From an uncultured Nitrospinota bacterium (lineage in GTDB: Bacteria; Tectomicrobia; Entotheonellia; J063; CAVPRW01): a DNA stretch of 64,000 nt. Below the pieces are notes generated by a model. That model had not been told where the DNA came from, searched no databases, and saw only the letters and a program-made list of their open reading frames with translations. This document shows, one piece after another, positions 22,649 to 33,211 of the stretch; position 1 is the stretch's first letter; each line of letters starts with the position of its first letter. Position numbers and translations under genes: made by a program. The stretch covers positions 1-64,000 of the forward strand of contig CAVPRW010000001.1 of NCBI GenBank assembly GCA_963707985.1, read 5' to 3'.

Positions 22649-25040
22649 ATGCGCTCCAAGAATCGAACTCATGATCGGCAGAACTTCTTCAAGTACATGT
22701 TTACAGTTGATATAGTTAAGCGCTTTCGCGCAAATGGGATCTAATCAGAATCGCCTGAGACACATCACACTAGAGAAAGGTGCGCTTATCGTCGACACGG
22801 TAAAGAAAGATTCCGCGAAGTTAGAGCGAGTTACTAGAAGGTCTCAAGGAAACGGCCGCCTCACATCGTCCACTAGCGAAAGCATGGATGCCTGCGTGCA
22901 TGTGGAGACCTTCATTCCGACTTTCGAATTCTCTGTCTCTCTCGTTTCTTCGGGCACTGCGAAGATCGTGTTGACTGACCGCAGTCTCAGATGGAGTTCT
23001 CCGGTCCTCTTCAACGATCCGTTCGACGTGCCTAGGGAGATGTCTTTCGGTTTGACACCAGTTGATATAGTTCAAGCGCTTTCGCGCAGAATGGCCGATC
23101 TAATCCAGAATCCGCCTGAGGACACATCACAACTAGAGCCAAAGGTGCGGCTTATCGTCGACACGGTAAAGAAAGGGATTCCGCCCGAAGTTAGAGCCGA
23201 GCGCTCGGGTCTCGGTGCGCGATCCGATGCTGCCGGCCGCCGGCAATTCGTCGAGGCCGCGGTCGCGGCCGGCATTCCGAAGGGCGACTACAACGGCCGC
23301 GACCGGGGCGGCGCCGCCGGCGTCGTGTCGTTGACCCAGTACACGACGCGCGACGGCCGCCGGTCGAGCACCTATCAGCGTTACTAGAAGGCAAGGGAGA
23401 CGGCCGCCTCACGATCGTCCACCGGCGCGCAGGCGACGCGCGTGATCCTCGCGGACGACGGCCGGACAAATTGCCGCGACCGGCGTCGAGTACCGCACCG
23501 CCGCCGGCGAGACCGCGACGGCCTCATGCCGGCAAGGAAGTGATCCTGAGCGCCGGTGCCATCGGCTCGCCGCAGTTGCTGCTGCTGTCCGGGATCGGCC
23601 CGCGACAGGAGTTGGAAGCGCGTCGGGGTGTCCTGTCTCGTCGACGCACCGCATGTCGGCAAGCATCTGCAGGATCATCTGATGTGCCCGCTGTTCTACC
23701 CCGCCCCGGGCATCGGCGTGACGATGAACGATGTTGCGCTGGCGATGGGTCCCGACGCGCTGCGCGCGTCCCGCCGGACCGCTGCCCGCCGACCCCGCCG
23801 ACGACGCAAAGCTGTCTACCGGAACTGCAGGCATTGAAGCAGGAAGCCGAACGCCGCCTCGCCGAGTGGCAGGCGACCGGACGCGGCCTGCTGCCGCGTC
23901 TTCGCTGGCCGACGCGGTGGTCTTCTGTTCGAGCGGCGTCGGCGACCTGCACAGTCACGACACGCGAGATCATCTGCTTTCGTGACCGGCGGCAACGATG
24001 ATTTCCAGCGGCACGATCATGAATATCGACACCGCGCGGTTTTTCGACGACGCGGCGACACGCATCGCATCCGACGCGGAAAACCTGCTCGCTGCTCGCC
24101 AACCCGGTATTGCCGCGCAGCCGAAGGCGAAATCGTCCTCGACAGCGCCGATCCCGGCGTGCAGCCGGCGATCCGGATGAACTACTACGACGATCCGCAC
24201 GACATGAAGGTCATGGTGGCTGCGATCCGCCGGACGATGGATATCGCGGCGCACTGGCCGGGAAATCGCAAGATCGGTCCGGCTGATGATGCCGCCGTTC
24301 CTGGCGGAAAAGCACGGCTACCAGCCGGGCGCGAGCCCCGAGCGACGCGCTGCTCGAAGATTTCGCGCTGCATTTTTCGCTGACGGTGTACCACCCGACA
24401 TCGACCTGCCGGATCGGCGACGTCGTCGATCCGCGGCTGCGGATCAGGCGTGGCGAAATCGCATGGATGCCCTGCGTGCCATGTGGAGGACCAACGCCCT
24501 TCATTCCCGACTTTCGAATTCTCTGTCTGACGGAGAGTCCGGCTCACGTGGCGATGTGGTACCACTACGCCGATCAATATCGAGGCGTCGTTCTTGAATT
24601 CAGATGCGACGATGAGCTTGATAGTCCATGGCTCGTAGCAAGACCGGTCGCGTATCCAAATGGCAAGCCAGCCGTATACACTGCCGAAGGATGGGCCACA
24701 CTCCTGACAATGCCGCACGAGCTCGCTATTCGAGCCATTATCGATGTCTCCACCTTAACACCTTTTATTATTTATTATTATTTTTTTCACCAAGTCAGAG
24801 GATTGGAGCTACGAGAGAGAATGGCGAATTACTTCCTTCAAGCGCCCCACTGACACCGGCCCATTCACCGACTATAAGTTCCACGAGAAGGAACTAGCAG
24901 CCGTCTACCTGGGCCCAATGATTTCCGCTTCTGACAGAGAAGCGCTAACAGCCGTCGCGGCAAGATATCCTGCGGCCGTCGTATGGAATGTCGCAATAGG
25001 TATGAGTCGTGAGCTTCAGTTCACCCGACAAGACGGCTAA
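22649..25040 (+). pseudogene. cassette 1: DUF2971-like protein, interrupted by foreign/duplicated sequence
   Basis: FFKYM...LRWSSPVLFNDPFD...ILCLTE...MWYHYADQYRGVVLEF...KSEDWSYEREWR...VYLGP. Confidence 0.8.
23210..24445 (+). pseudogene. GMC oxidoreductase fragment, heavily frameshifted, inside cassette 1
   Basis: KEVILSAGAIGSPQLLLLSGIGP, VGKHLQDH, TVYHPTSTCRIG, VVDPRLR. Confidence 0.75.
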
Positions 25041-25097
25041 CCACCGCTTGCAGGGGACGCGCCAAAAGCGGCGCGCCCCTGAAGCGGAACGTTAGGC
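25035..25097 (+). other. attC
   Basis: GGCTAAC...CAGGGGACGCGCC/GGCGCGCCCCTGA...GTTAGGC. Confidence 0.92.
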
Positions 25098-25173
25098 TGT
25101 ATAAGAAATCTCAGCTCATCTCATGTGCTATAATTTTGCAGGAATCATCCCCAGATGAGAAGGAGTAAGGGCC

Positions 25174-25407
25174 ATGTCTGATCGTGGTGCCCGGATACTG
25201 CAAGATGCGTTATCCCTGCCACCTACTGAACGGGTGGCGTTGGTGGAGCGCCTGTTAGCAAGTCTCGATTCCCCTGTCCGTGAGCACATTGATGCATTGT
25301 GGGGTCAGGAAGCCGAAGATCGGCTCGAGGCCTTCGAGCGAGGTGAGATCCCCACGATTGCGGCCAAGGACGTCTTTGACGAAATAGGCAAACGGCACCA
25401 GGGATGA
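25174..25407 (+). CDS. addiction-module antitoxin
   Basis: ALSLPPTERVALVERLLASLD...W..EAEDR; overlaps toxin start. Confidence 0.88.
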   Translation: MSDRGARILQDALSLPPTERVALVERLLASLDSPVREHIDALWGQEAEDRLEAFERGEIPTIAAKDVFDEIGKRHQG

Positions 25408-25709
25408 ACGTTGAATTTCTCGCCCCCGCCCGCGTCGAGTTCGCGGAAGCTGTCAGGCATTACGAGACCCAACAACCGGGGCTCGGGGACGAGTTTGCGG
25501 CGGAAGTGCAACGCACCATCGACCGCATCCTGCAGTACCCTGAGGCATGGTCATTGCTGTCGAGGCGAACCCGCCGCTGCCCTACCAACCGATTCCCGTA
25601 CGGTATCATCTACCAGGTCCGAGGCGATACCCTTCTCATCATTGCCGTCATGCATCTGCACCGTGCGCCCCTTTCGTGGAGATCCAGGTTGCCTCGGAGG
25701 GAGCAGTAG
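25404..25709 (+). CDS. RelE/ParE-family toxin
   Basis: A..EF.EA..HYE...GLG, RFPYGIIY, IAVMH. Confidence 0.9.
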   Translation: MNVEFLAPARVEFAEAVRHYETQQPGLGDEFAAEVQRTIDRILQYPEAWSLLSRRTRRCPTNRFPYGIIYQVRGDTLLIIAVMHLHRAPLSWRSRLPRREQ

Positions 25710-25749
25710 CCTTCAGCATCGGAGCTGTTACAACCGGCTGCCGTGCCCA

Positions 25750-25858
25750 GGCTAACCAGACGATGCAGCGGACGGGGGGACAGTGGCGCTTTTAGGTTCG
25801 TTGACCCTGTCAGAGGTCGGTGGTAGTTCTGCCCCGCCGCTGAGCTGTTGCGTTGTGC
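25750..25858 (+). other. attC
   Basis: GGCTAAC...CAGCGGAC...CCGCCGCTGA...GTTGTGC. Confidence 0.85.
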
Positions 25859-25937
25859 AGCTTGAAATAGTGGAAGCTTATCGAGAACCCACATCTGTAG
25901 GCTCGTCTCCCCGCAGCAAGGAGCGTGAGGCGCAGAA

Positions 25938-26503
25938 TGGCGTCAATCTCGGAAGAGCAGACGTCTCAAATTATTGCCCTGCTCCAGCGCGGACAGGCCA
26001 GCCGTGAGGAAATCGCCGCCAACGTGGGCGTCTCTTCTGGGACGGTCAGTGCCATCAAAGCCCACATCAGCCTGGGGACCTATGGAGAACCGGCTTCGGA
26101 GAGAGCAACCAATGCATTGATCGAGGCCTCCGAAGCAACGTTTGGTCTTGAGCGCGACCTCCAGCTTGCCCTCCGCTCCGACATCGAGCCACTTGACCCT
26201 GGCCTCCACATCATTGATGATGGCAAAGAACGTATGACTGAAGCCGGTCGGATCGATATTACAGCCCAAGATGCTCAGCATGTCATCGTGGTGATCGAAC
26301 TGAAAGCCGGTACTGCTGCCCCCGAAGCGCTCACCCAGCTCTTGGCGTATATGGGCGCCGTGGGCGAGCAAGACCAGCGCTCGGTGCGTGGCGTGCTGAT
26401 CGCGGGTGATGTTCACCCTCGGGTGGTTTTTGCCGCACGAGCGGTGCCACATGTTCAGCTCCGACGGTACCGTTTCAAGTTCACATTTGAATCGGTTGCG
26501 TAA
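25938..26503 (+). CDS. HTH plus NucS/EndoMS-like PD-(D/E)xK endonuclease domain protein
   Basis: FGLERDLQ, GRIDITAQD, VVIELKAG, QLLAYMG, VRGVLIA. Confidence 0.82.
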
Positions 26504-26520
26504 CTCAAGAAGGACAAGCT

Positions 26521-26583
26521 GCACAACCAGGCGCTGCAGCCGACGCGCAACAATCCGCGCGCCGCTGAGCTTTCGCGTTGGAC
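26521..26583 (+). other. attC
   Basis: GCACAAC (complement of preceding GTTGTGC)...GTTGGAC. Confidence 0.9.
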
Positions 26584-28133
26584 GAACCCGCAGGAGCGGG
26601 GGACGAGGGTACGAGGCTGAAGGAGCGGTGGTGGCAGCGCTCACGGTACAGCAGATTTTGCAACACGGCTACGCGGCGTTCGAACGCTGTCATGCGCTGC
26701 CGGCCTAGGTGCGGAAGGCGGCGTGGGCGCTGCTGGTGTGTCGCACCGCGGTGTTAGGTGGTCACATCCAAGCCTGTCCGGAGGGGCATGTCGAACGGGT
26801 GTGGTACAACTCCTGTCGCCATCGGTTGTGTCCGCCATGTGCCTGGCTGCAGGTCGAGCGCTGGCTGGTGCGCCAGAAGGCCCGGTTGCTGGCCTGTGAC
26901 CATGACCATGGCATTTTCACCAGGCCGCATGAGCTGAATGACCTCTGGCTGGCCAACGTCGCCGCGATGACGCAGCTGCTGTGTGCCACGGGGCACGAGA
27001 CGCTGGACGAACGGCTCGGCGACGAGCAGTATCTGGGCGCCTGTCCTGGCCTCATCGCCGCGCTGCATACCTGGAGTCAGACGTTGCTGTTGCACCCGCA
27101 TCGCCACTGTTTGGTGACCGGTGGGGGGCTCACGGACGCGGGGCACTGGCGCCCCGTACGGAATGGGTTTCTGCTGCCGGTGCGCGTGGTGATGGCGGTG
27201 TGTCGCGGGCAACTCCTGGCGGCGCTCCGGCAGGGGTTGGTGCAGGACCAGCTCACGTGGCCGGAGGGTCAGAGCCGCCAGCAGATGGAGAATCGCCTCA
27301 ACCAGCTGGGCCGCACGACGTGGCACGTGCACATCCGGGAGCGGTATCCGCCTGGCGTAGGGGTGCTCACGTATTGGGCCCGCTCTATCCGTGGAGGGCC
27401 CTTCGCCAACCAGCGGCTGGTCGCGTGTGCGCAGGGAGTGGTGACCTTCCGCTATCGGCTGAACGGGGACGAGGTTGGGGGGCAAAGCGGCCGACCGGGA
27501 CGCATGCGCCTGTCCATCGAAGAGTTGATCCGGCGGTATCTGCTGCATGTGCCACCGCCTGGCACTCGGGTCGTCCGGTGCTAGGGGTTGTACGCGCCGA
27601 CCAAGGGGATGGCCTTGGCCATCTGCCGGGCGTCCCTAGGGCAAGGGCCGGTGGTCCCGCCGGCGGTGCTGGACTGGCAGACAGCGTGCCAGGCCCGTGG
27701 CGACGCCCATCCCGAACGCTGTCCGCGGTGTGGTCGCCAGCTGGTGTGCCGCGGTGTGATCCTGCCGTTGAGGATTCCCCCGCCGAGCGCCATCCCTTGG
27801 GAGGTCGTGGCGTGACCCGGGGGCCAGGCGGCTGCTCGCGCGGGCGAAGGCAGGCGTCTGCCCTGACGGCGCGGAACACGCTGCCATGGAAGAAGCCCGT
27901 CGGCCATCACACGAGACAGTCCATCGGGGACTCGGCACCCCCCCGGCGCTGTGGTGCGACTGGCCACCCGCGACCGGTCCGTTGAGGGTTGATCGGCCGG
28001 TCTAACTTCCATAGGCCCGTGGTGCCCGACTCGGTGCGCGGGTCGTCCAACCAGCCGTTGGAGCGGACCGCGGCCGGCGCGTGGGGTTCCTGTAAGCGCT
28101 GGTCTCGCGGCCGCTCAACTCTAATCGTTCGGC
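26577..28133 (+). mobile_element. IS91-transposase cassette, copy A (pseudogene ~26630-27815)
   Basis: Starts GTTGGACGAACCCGCA; YNSC.HR.CP.C, LHTW, HPHRH; stops at 26706 and 27582; ends in attC 28045-28133. Confidence 0.88.
28045..28133 (+). other. attC of IS91 cassette A
   Basis: GTCCAAC...GAGCGGACCGCG / CGCGGCCGCTCAAC...GTTCGGC. Confidence 0.88.
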
Positions 28134-28208
28134 TTCCTTCGCTATGCCGTTGTGGTGCTTGCATCTCTTCGGGGCTTTGGTACTATGTGTGTAAATCGAG
28201 GAGGCAAT

Positions 28209-28460
28209 ATGCTCAAAAGCGTAGAAGGTGTGTATCGGGATGGCAAGATTGAGTTGACCGAGCTTCCCGGCGATGTGCGTAACGAAACCCGGGTTATTGT
28301 GACCTTCCTGGAGATGGGCCATATCGATCTGCGAGCACGGGGCATCGACGAGGCACAGGCCGCAGAACTCCGGGCCCAACTGGGGACCTTTGCCGAGGAG
28401 TGGAACAGTCCAGACATGGCGCTGTACGACAATTATGATGCCGCCAAAGCCAAGCTATAA
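28209..28460 (+). CDS. putative antitoxin
   Basis: MLKSVEGVYRDGKIEL..., W....M..YD tail; overlaps the MazF gene. Confidence 0.7.
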   Translation: MLKSVEGVYRDGKIELTELPGDVRNETRVIVTFLEMGHIDLRARGIDEAQAAELRAQLGTFAEEWNSPDMALYDNYDAAKAKL

Positions 28461-28794
28461 ACGTGGTGACGTGGTCCTCGTCCTCTATCCTCACTCTGAC
28501 TTGCGCACGGCGAAAACGCGTCCTGCCCTGATTGTCCAAGCCGACAACCTACACACCGGATTGTCCCAAGTCATCGTCGCGATGATCACCAGTCGCCTGT
28601 TTCGTGCGAACCATCCGAGCCGCGTGGTGGTTGAGGTATCGACGCCAAGCGGGCAACGCACTGGGCTCCTGACCGACTCGGTGGTCATGACAGATAACCT
28701 GGCGACCGTTGCGGAAGTCGCGATCGACCGGGTGATCGGCACCTTGCCAATGACGGACGTCGATACTGCTTTACGGCATACACTGAAGCTATAG
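28438..28794 (+). CDS. PemK/MazF-family toxin
   Basis: RGDVVLV.YP.SD...K.RPALIVQ, IVAMITS, GL...S. Confidence 0.9.
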   Translation: MPPKPSYKRGDVVLVLYPHSDLRTAKTRPALIVQADNLHTGLSQVIVAMITSRLFRANHPSRVVVEVSTPSGQRTGLLTDSVVMTDNLATVAEVAIDRVIGTLPMTDVDTALRHTLKL

Positions 28795-28816
28795 CCAGAC
28801 TCCTGGGGTGGTGCGG

Positions 28817-28888
28817 GCCGAACCAGAGGATGAACCTGACTGGTATTCCGCTGCGCTCCATACCAGCAGGTTATCCACAGCGTTGGAC
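28817..28888 (+). other. attC
   Basis: GCCGAAC...AACCTGACTGGTAT/ATACCAGCAGGTTA...GTTGGAC. Confidence 0.9.
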
Positions 28889-28935
28889 GAACCCGCATCG
28901 GCGGGGGAGGCGACGCACAACTCAGATAGGATGAT

Positions 28936-30126
28936 TTGTCATTGGAATCACCCCAGATCACTTTACAACAGATTCTGCAACAGGGTTATGAAGCGTACTC
29001 GCATGACCACGCGCTGCCTGGCTATGTGCGTCGGGCGGTGCAGGCGATGCTTGCGTGTCGCACCGCGCTGCTTGGTGGGCATGTCCAGGCCTGTCCTGAT
29101 GGTCATATCGAACGGATTTGGTACAATTCCTGTCAACATCGGATGTGCCCGCAGTGTGCCTGGCTGCAGATCGAGCGCTGGCTGGTTATACAGAAGGCCC
29201 GTCTCTTAGCCTGTGAGCATTACCATGTCATTTTCACCATTCCCAGCGAACTAAATGCCCTGTGGCTAGCCAATGTCTCCGTGATGACCACTCTCCTGTT
29301 TGCCAGTGTGCGCGACACGTTGTTAGAGTTGCTCGACGATGAGCACTATCTCGGTGCGATGCCCGGCATCATCGCCACGTTGCACACGTGGAGCCAGACG
29401 CTCGTCCTCCATCCGCATATCCATAGTCTCGTGACCGGTGGAGGCCTGACTCGCACGGGCCAATGGGTAGCCGTGCGCCAGGGGTTTTTGCTCCCGTCAC
29501 GAGTCGCCATGGCCCTCTTCCGGGGTAAGTTGCTCGCGGCCATCCGTCGGGCGGTGCGCCAGGGGCAGCTGCAGCTCCCCGAGGGCATGCGTGCGCAGCG
29601 CTGTGAAAATCTGCTGAACAAGCTGGGGCGCCAGAAGTGGAACGTCCATATTCGGGAGCGGTATCCATACGGGACAGGGGTGCTCATCTATCTGGCGCGG
29701 TATCTGCGGGGTGGCCCCCTTGCCAACCACCGGCTGGTGTCATGTGCGCAGGGGGAGGTCACCTTCCGGTACCGGCTGAACGGGGAGGCCGGCGAGAGCC
29801 GACGCAGCGCGTCGATGACGTTGCCCATGGCGGAGTTCATCCGACGCTATCTGCTGCATGTACCGGCCCCCGGAACCCGGATGGTGCGGGCATATGGAGT
29901 GTATGCGCCGACCAAGCGCGCGGCGTTAGTGGTCTGCCGAGACCAGTTGGGGCAAGGGCCGGTGGAAGCGCCTGTGGTGCTGGACTGGCAGACGGCGTGC
30001 AGCCAGCAGGGTGCGGCGCATCCGGAATGCTGTCCCGTGTGTGGCCAAGGGCTGGTCTCCATCGGCAGGGTTCCACGCCTGCGGACGTCACCGCTTGCGC
30101 GGGCGCCCGCGGCGGTCGCGGCCTGA
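28936..30126 (+). CDS. IS91-family (Y2/HUH) rolling-circle transposase with Zn-binding domain
   Basis: ACRT..LGG, YNSCQHRMCPQC, HVIFTIP, LHTW, HPHIH (HUH), YLARY (Y2), RYLLHV, C-terminal CPVC; TTG start. Confidence 0.93.
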   Translation: MSLESPQITLQQILQQGYEAYSHDHALPGYVRRAVQAMLACRTALLGGHVQACPDGHIERIWYNSCQHRMCPQCAWLQIERWLVIQKARLLACEHYHVIFTIPSELNALWLANVSVMTTLLFASVRDTLLELLDDEHYLGAMPGIIATLHTWSQTLVLHPHIHSLVTGGGLTRTGQWVAVRQGFLLPSRVAMALFRGKLLAAIRRAVRQGQLQLPEGMRAQRCENLLNKLGRQKWNVHIRERYPYGTGVLIYLARYLRGGPLANHRLVSCAQGEVTFRYRLNGEAGESRRSASMTLPMAEFIRRYLLHVPAPGTRMVRAYGVYAPTKRAALVVCRDQLGQGPVEAPVVLDWQTACSQQGAAHPECCPVCGQGLVSIGRVPRLRTSPLARAPAAVAA

Positions 30127-30356
30127 GCCACCAGATAGGCGTTGACCCTGGCCAGCTCAGGCAGGGGGCTGCCCTGACGCCATACCCATGGTGGCCCGGG
30201 AATACGCAGGGCAGCTACGCCGGGCTGGAGCGCACCGTGTCCACGCCATCACAGCGCTCGTTGGATGCCCTCAGCTGGGCTCGCAGGGTCCTTTCGAGGA
30301 GCCTGAGCGGGGTATAAATTCCATAGACTCGTCGTTCCCGACTCGGTGCGCGGGTC

Positions 30357-30444
30357 GTCCAACCAGCCGTTGAAGCGGACCGCGGCCGGCTCAGGGGTGC
30401 CGCGGTCGCGTGGTCTCGCGGCCGCTTAACACTAATCGTTCGGC
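30357..30444 (+). other. attC of IS91 cassette B
   Basis: GTCCAAC...AAGCGGACCGCG / CGCGGCCGCTTAAC...GTTCGGC. Confidence 0.88.
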
Positions 30445-30502
30445 TGACATTTTGCGTAAGGGCATTCCCATCGTGCAACCCCAAGCAAGAAAGGAAACGC
30501 AC

Positions 30503-31414
30503 ATGCTCTGGCGGAGAACCGTATGGTTTGTGGGCGTTATCGTCCTTGGGGGTGGCCTCGCCATGCAGGCGTGGCCCGATACCACACCCCAGACGCGTCA
30601 ACTGCATGTGAATGGGGTCGATCTGTCCTACCTCGAACAGGGAACAGGCGCTCCTGTCGTCTTTGTCCACGGGGCTCCTGCCGACCTCCGCTACTGGGAG
30701 TCACAACGCCAGGCCGTGGCCACGCAGTACCGCTTCATTGCCGCCAATTTCCGCTATCATGGCACCGCCCCGTGGCCCGACGAGGGCCAGCACTACTCTG
30801 TGGCCACCCATGCCGCGGATCTGGCGGCCTTCCTGCGCCAGCTCAACGCTGGCCCGGTGCACCTCGTGGCGATCTCCTATGGGGGGTTCCCCGCCACCCT
30901 GGTGGCGTTGGAACACCCCGACCTGGTGCGCAGTCTGATCGTGCTCGAGCCCGCCCTGGGTGCCCTGCTGGCGGACATCCCAGAGGCCAAGCCCGTACGC
31001 GACGCGTGGAGCAAAGCCTTCGCGCCGATTCGCACGGCGGCCCAAGCTGGCGATGTCCAGCAGGCCGCCACGCTGCTGTTTGACTTAGTGAACAACCAAG
31101 GTCCCGGGACCTTCGAGAAGCAACCAGAGGCCGTGCGCCAAATCAGTCTGGACAACGCCAGGACGATCCCGCTGTTGGTGTCCGCGCCACGGCCGCCGGC
31201 TGTTTCCTGTGCCACGCTGGGCAATGTGAAGGCCCCCACGCTCGTGGTGGGCGGAGAACACACCTCGCGGTACTTTGCCTTGATCAATGAGGTCGTGGTG
31301 CGCTGCATTCCCGGCAGTCGCTTGGTGATCATTCCCCAGGCCACGCATCCGATGTCCAGGCAGAATCCCGCGGCCTTCAACGCAGTGCTCTTGCAGTTTC
31401 TAGCGCAGCATTAA
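30503..31414 (+). CDS. secreted alpha/beta hydrolase
   Basis: Signal peptide, VVFVHG, VAISYGG, PTLVVGG, ATHPM. Confidence 0.88.
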   Translation: MLWRRTVWFVGVIVLGGGLAMQAWPDTTPQTRQLHVNGVDLSYLEQGTGAPVVFVHGAPADLRYWESQRQAVATQYRFIAANFRYHGTAPWPDEGQHYSVATHAADLAAFLRQLNAGPVHLVAISYGGFPATLVALEHPDLVRSLIVLEPALGALLADIPEAKPVRDAWSKAFAPIRTAAQAGDVQQAATLLFDLVNNQGPGTFEKQPEAVRQISLDNARTIPLLVSAPRPPAVSCATLGNVKAPTLVVGGEHTSRYFALINEVVVRCIPGSRLVIIPQATHPMSRQNPAAFNAVLLQFLAQH

Positions 31415-31506
31415 GGAGGCGTGGTTGCTGCTGCTTCCAAGGCGTGCCGGGTAGGGACAGCCAACAGGAATCTGCGGGCGGGAAGGGTGCCCTGTCCCCC
31501 GGCCGC

Positions 31507-32386
31507 GCCGAACAAAGCGCTGCAGCTGACTGTCTACAGGTGCGACGTGAAAGTCGTCAGCAAGGAGTGGTCATGCTGACCGAGGCGATCCTGTCCGCGT
31601 CTCCTCATCGGCGTCATGCGTCTCTGGTCACGGAGGGGTGTGAAGCACGCCGAAAAGTACCGACCCCTGGGAGCCGCACCTGGAGAGCGGGCGAGAGGAA
31701 AGACGCGATGGGTAACATGGTGAACCCCGATAAACCTCGTGAAGTCAAAAGAGCCAAAGCGGCTGACAGGCTCTGACCAAAAGGGTACGTGGAGAGGATG
31801 GGCCGGTCTGGAGTCGGCCCATTGACAGGACAGACCTCCACCGGGGCAGAGGGTGACCCTACGGCGTCTGCATCTCCTGCTGGCGGAACACGGTAAACCC
31901 CATGGGTGGTCGGTCAAACCGACTCAACCTGCCGTAAGGCAGGCCAATGCCCAGGGGGTAGAGGAGGTGGGCGGAAGCGAAGGCCCTCCGGTCATCGGAG
32001 GGATAGGGCCACCCCTCGTGGGTGGAGAGACCCAACCTGAAAGGGTGCTGACTTCCCACGGGTCGAGTCGGAAGAGAAGGAAGAAAGGCCATGGGAAACA
32101 CGGTCCGAACGGTAGGGCCACCAGCGGCACCGAACGACCGTGGCTCTCCGCGCCCTGCCTGGCACCAGATCGACTGGCGCAAGGCCGAGCGGACAGTCCA
32201 ACGCCGGCGCTTTCGGATCTTCCGAGCGGCCTGCGTTACGGCAGGTCAATCGGCTTGAGCGGCATGCGGGGAAACTCGCCCGTGCCGTTCTTAGGGGGCG
32301 GGGGCCTGGCGACAGGCTCCTGCTACCCGACCGTCCGCTCCTGCGTCGCTCCCGCTTCCAGCCGCAGCTCACGCCTAGCGTTCAGC
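31507..32386 (+). other. attC split by a group II intron
   Basis: GCCGAAC...CAGCTGACTGTCTACAG | CGTCCGCTCC...GCAGCTCA...GTTCAGC rejoins into the attC family of 35134/50788. Confidence 0.8.
31540..32331 (+). mobile_element. ORF-less group II intron (RT mostly deleted; IIB/CL-like)
   Basis: 5' GTGCGACG; domain V GAGCGGCATGCGGGGAAACTCGCCCGTGCCGTTC; domain VI ending CTACCCGAC; RT N-terminal remnant WHQIDWRKAERTV. Confidence 0.85.
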
Positions 32387-32504
32387 CCCCGCCCAGCTAG
32401 GGCCACCGAGCTCTTGACACGCCATTGCGTCCATCTATTCATCTCGCCGATGAAACCCATTGCCCCTCTCGACATATACACCGATTGTGCATACAATGCC
32501 ACTC

Positions 32505-32801
32505 ATGGAATTTACGTGGGACGAAAACAAACGCTTGAGCAATTTGGCCAAACATGGCCTGGATTTTGAGGATGCCCATTGGGTGTTCACCGATGAGGCA
32601 TTTGCCGCCGAGGATACGCGACGGCAGTATGGGGAGCCACGCTTTATCTTGTACGGGCCGCTCTTCGGGCGTCTTGTGGTGGTCGTCTTTACCGTACGCG
32701 ATGACGTCATTCGTATCCTCTCCATGAGGAAGGCCAACCAACGTGAGCAAAGAAGCTATGATCAAAAGCGATCTGAAGCGGATCGACGCAATGACGGATG
32801 A
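32505..32801 (+). CDS. BrnT-family toxin
   Basis: FTWDENK..SN.AKHGLDF, YGEPRF, IRILSMRKA. Confidence 0.9.
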   Translation: MEFTWDENKRLSNLAKHGLDFEDAHWVFTDEAFAAEDTRRQYGEPRFILYGPLFGRLVVVVFTVRDDVIRILSMRKANQREQRSYDQKRSEADRRNDG

Positions 32802-33090
32802 GACCATTGATTACTCCGATATTCCGCCACTGACGGACGAACAGCTGGCGGCGATGAAGCCGCTTCGGGAGATCATCCCCGAAGTGACTCGCAAGGTGCG
32901 CATTACCATCCGGTTGGATGCAGATGTGGTGCGCTGGTTTAAAGAGCAAGTTGAAGCGGTGGGTGGGGGCAACTATCAACCCTTGATCAACGCGGCTCTG
33001 CGTGCGCATATCGAAGGCCAGAAGGAGTCTCTCGAGGAGCTGCTTCGCCGCGTCATTCGTGAGGAATTGCGTGTCCCTGACAGAGGCTAG
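32758..33090 (+). CDS. BrnA-family antitoxin
   Basis: IDYSDIPPL, ITIRLDADVV.WFK, YQ..IN.AL. Confidence 0.9.
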   Translation: MIKSDLKRIDAMTDETIDYSDIPPLTDEQLAAMKPLREIIPEVTRKVRITIRLDADVVRWFKEQVEAVGGGNYQPLINAALRAHIEGQKESLEELLRRVIREELRVPDRG

Positions 33091-33136
33091 GGTTTTGCTC
33101 AAGAGCACACTTTCCCTCTCAAGGGCAACATCTAGG

Positions 33137-33195
33137 GCCGAACCAGGGCCTGGAGCCGACGCGGTGACCCGCGCGGCTCAGGCCTGGCGTTAGAC
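33137..33195 (+). other. attC (59 bp)
   Basis: GCCGAAC..GGCCTGGAGCCGACGCGG/CCGCGCGGCTCAGGCC..GTTAGAC. Confidence 0.92.
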
Positions 33196-33211
33196 GGCAA
33201 GAGGCAAGCTT

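Larger units (their letters stand above)
28882..30444 (+). mobile_element. IS91-transposase cassette, copy B (intact)
   Basis: Starts GTTGGACGAACCCGCA; carries intact transposase; ends in attC 30357-30444. Confidence 0.9.
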
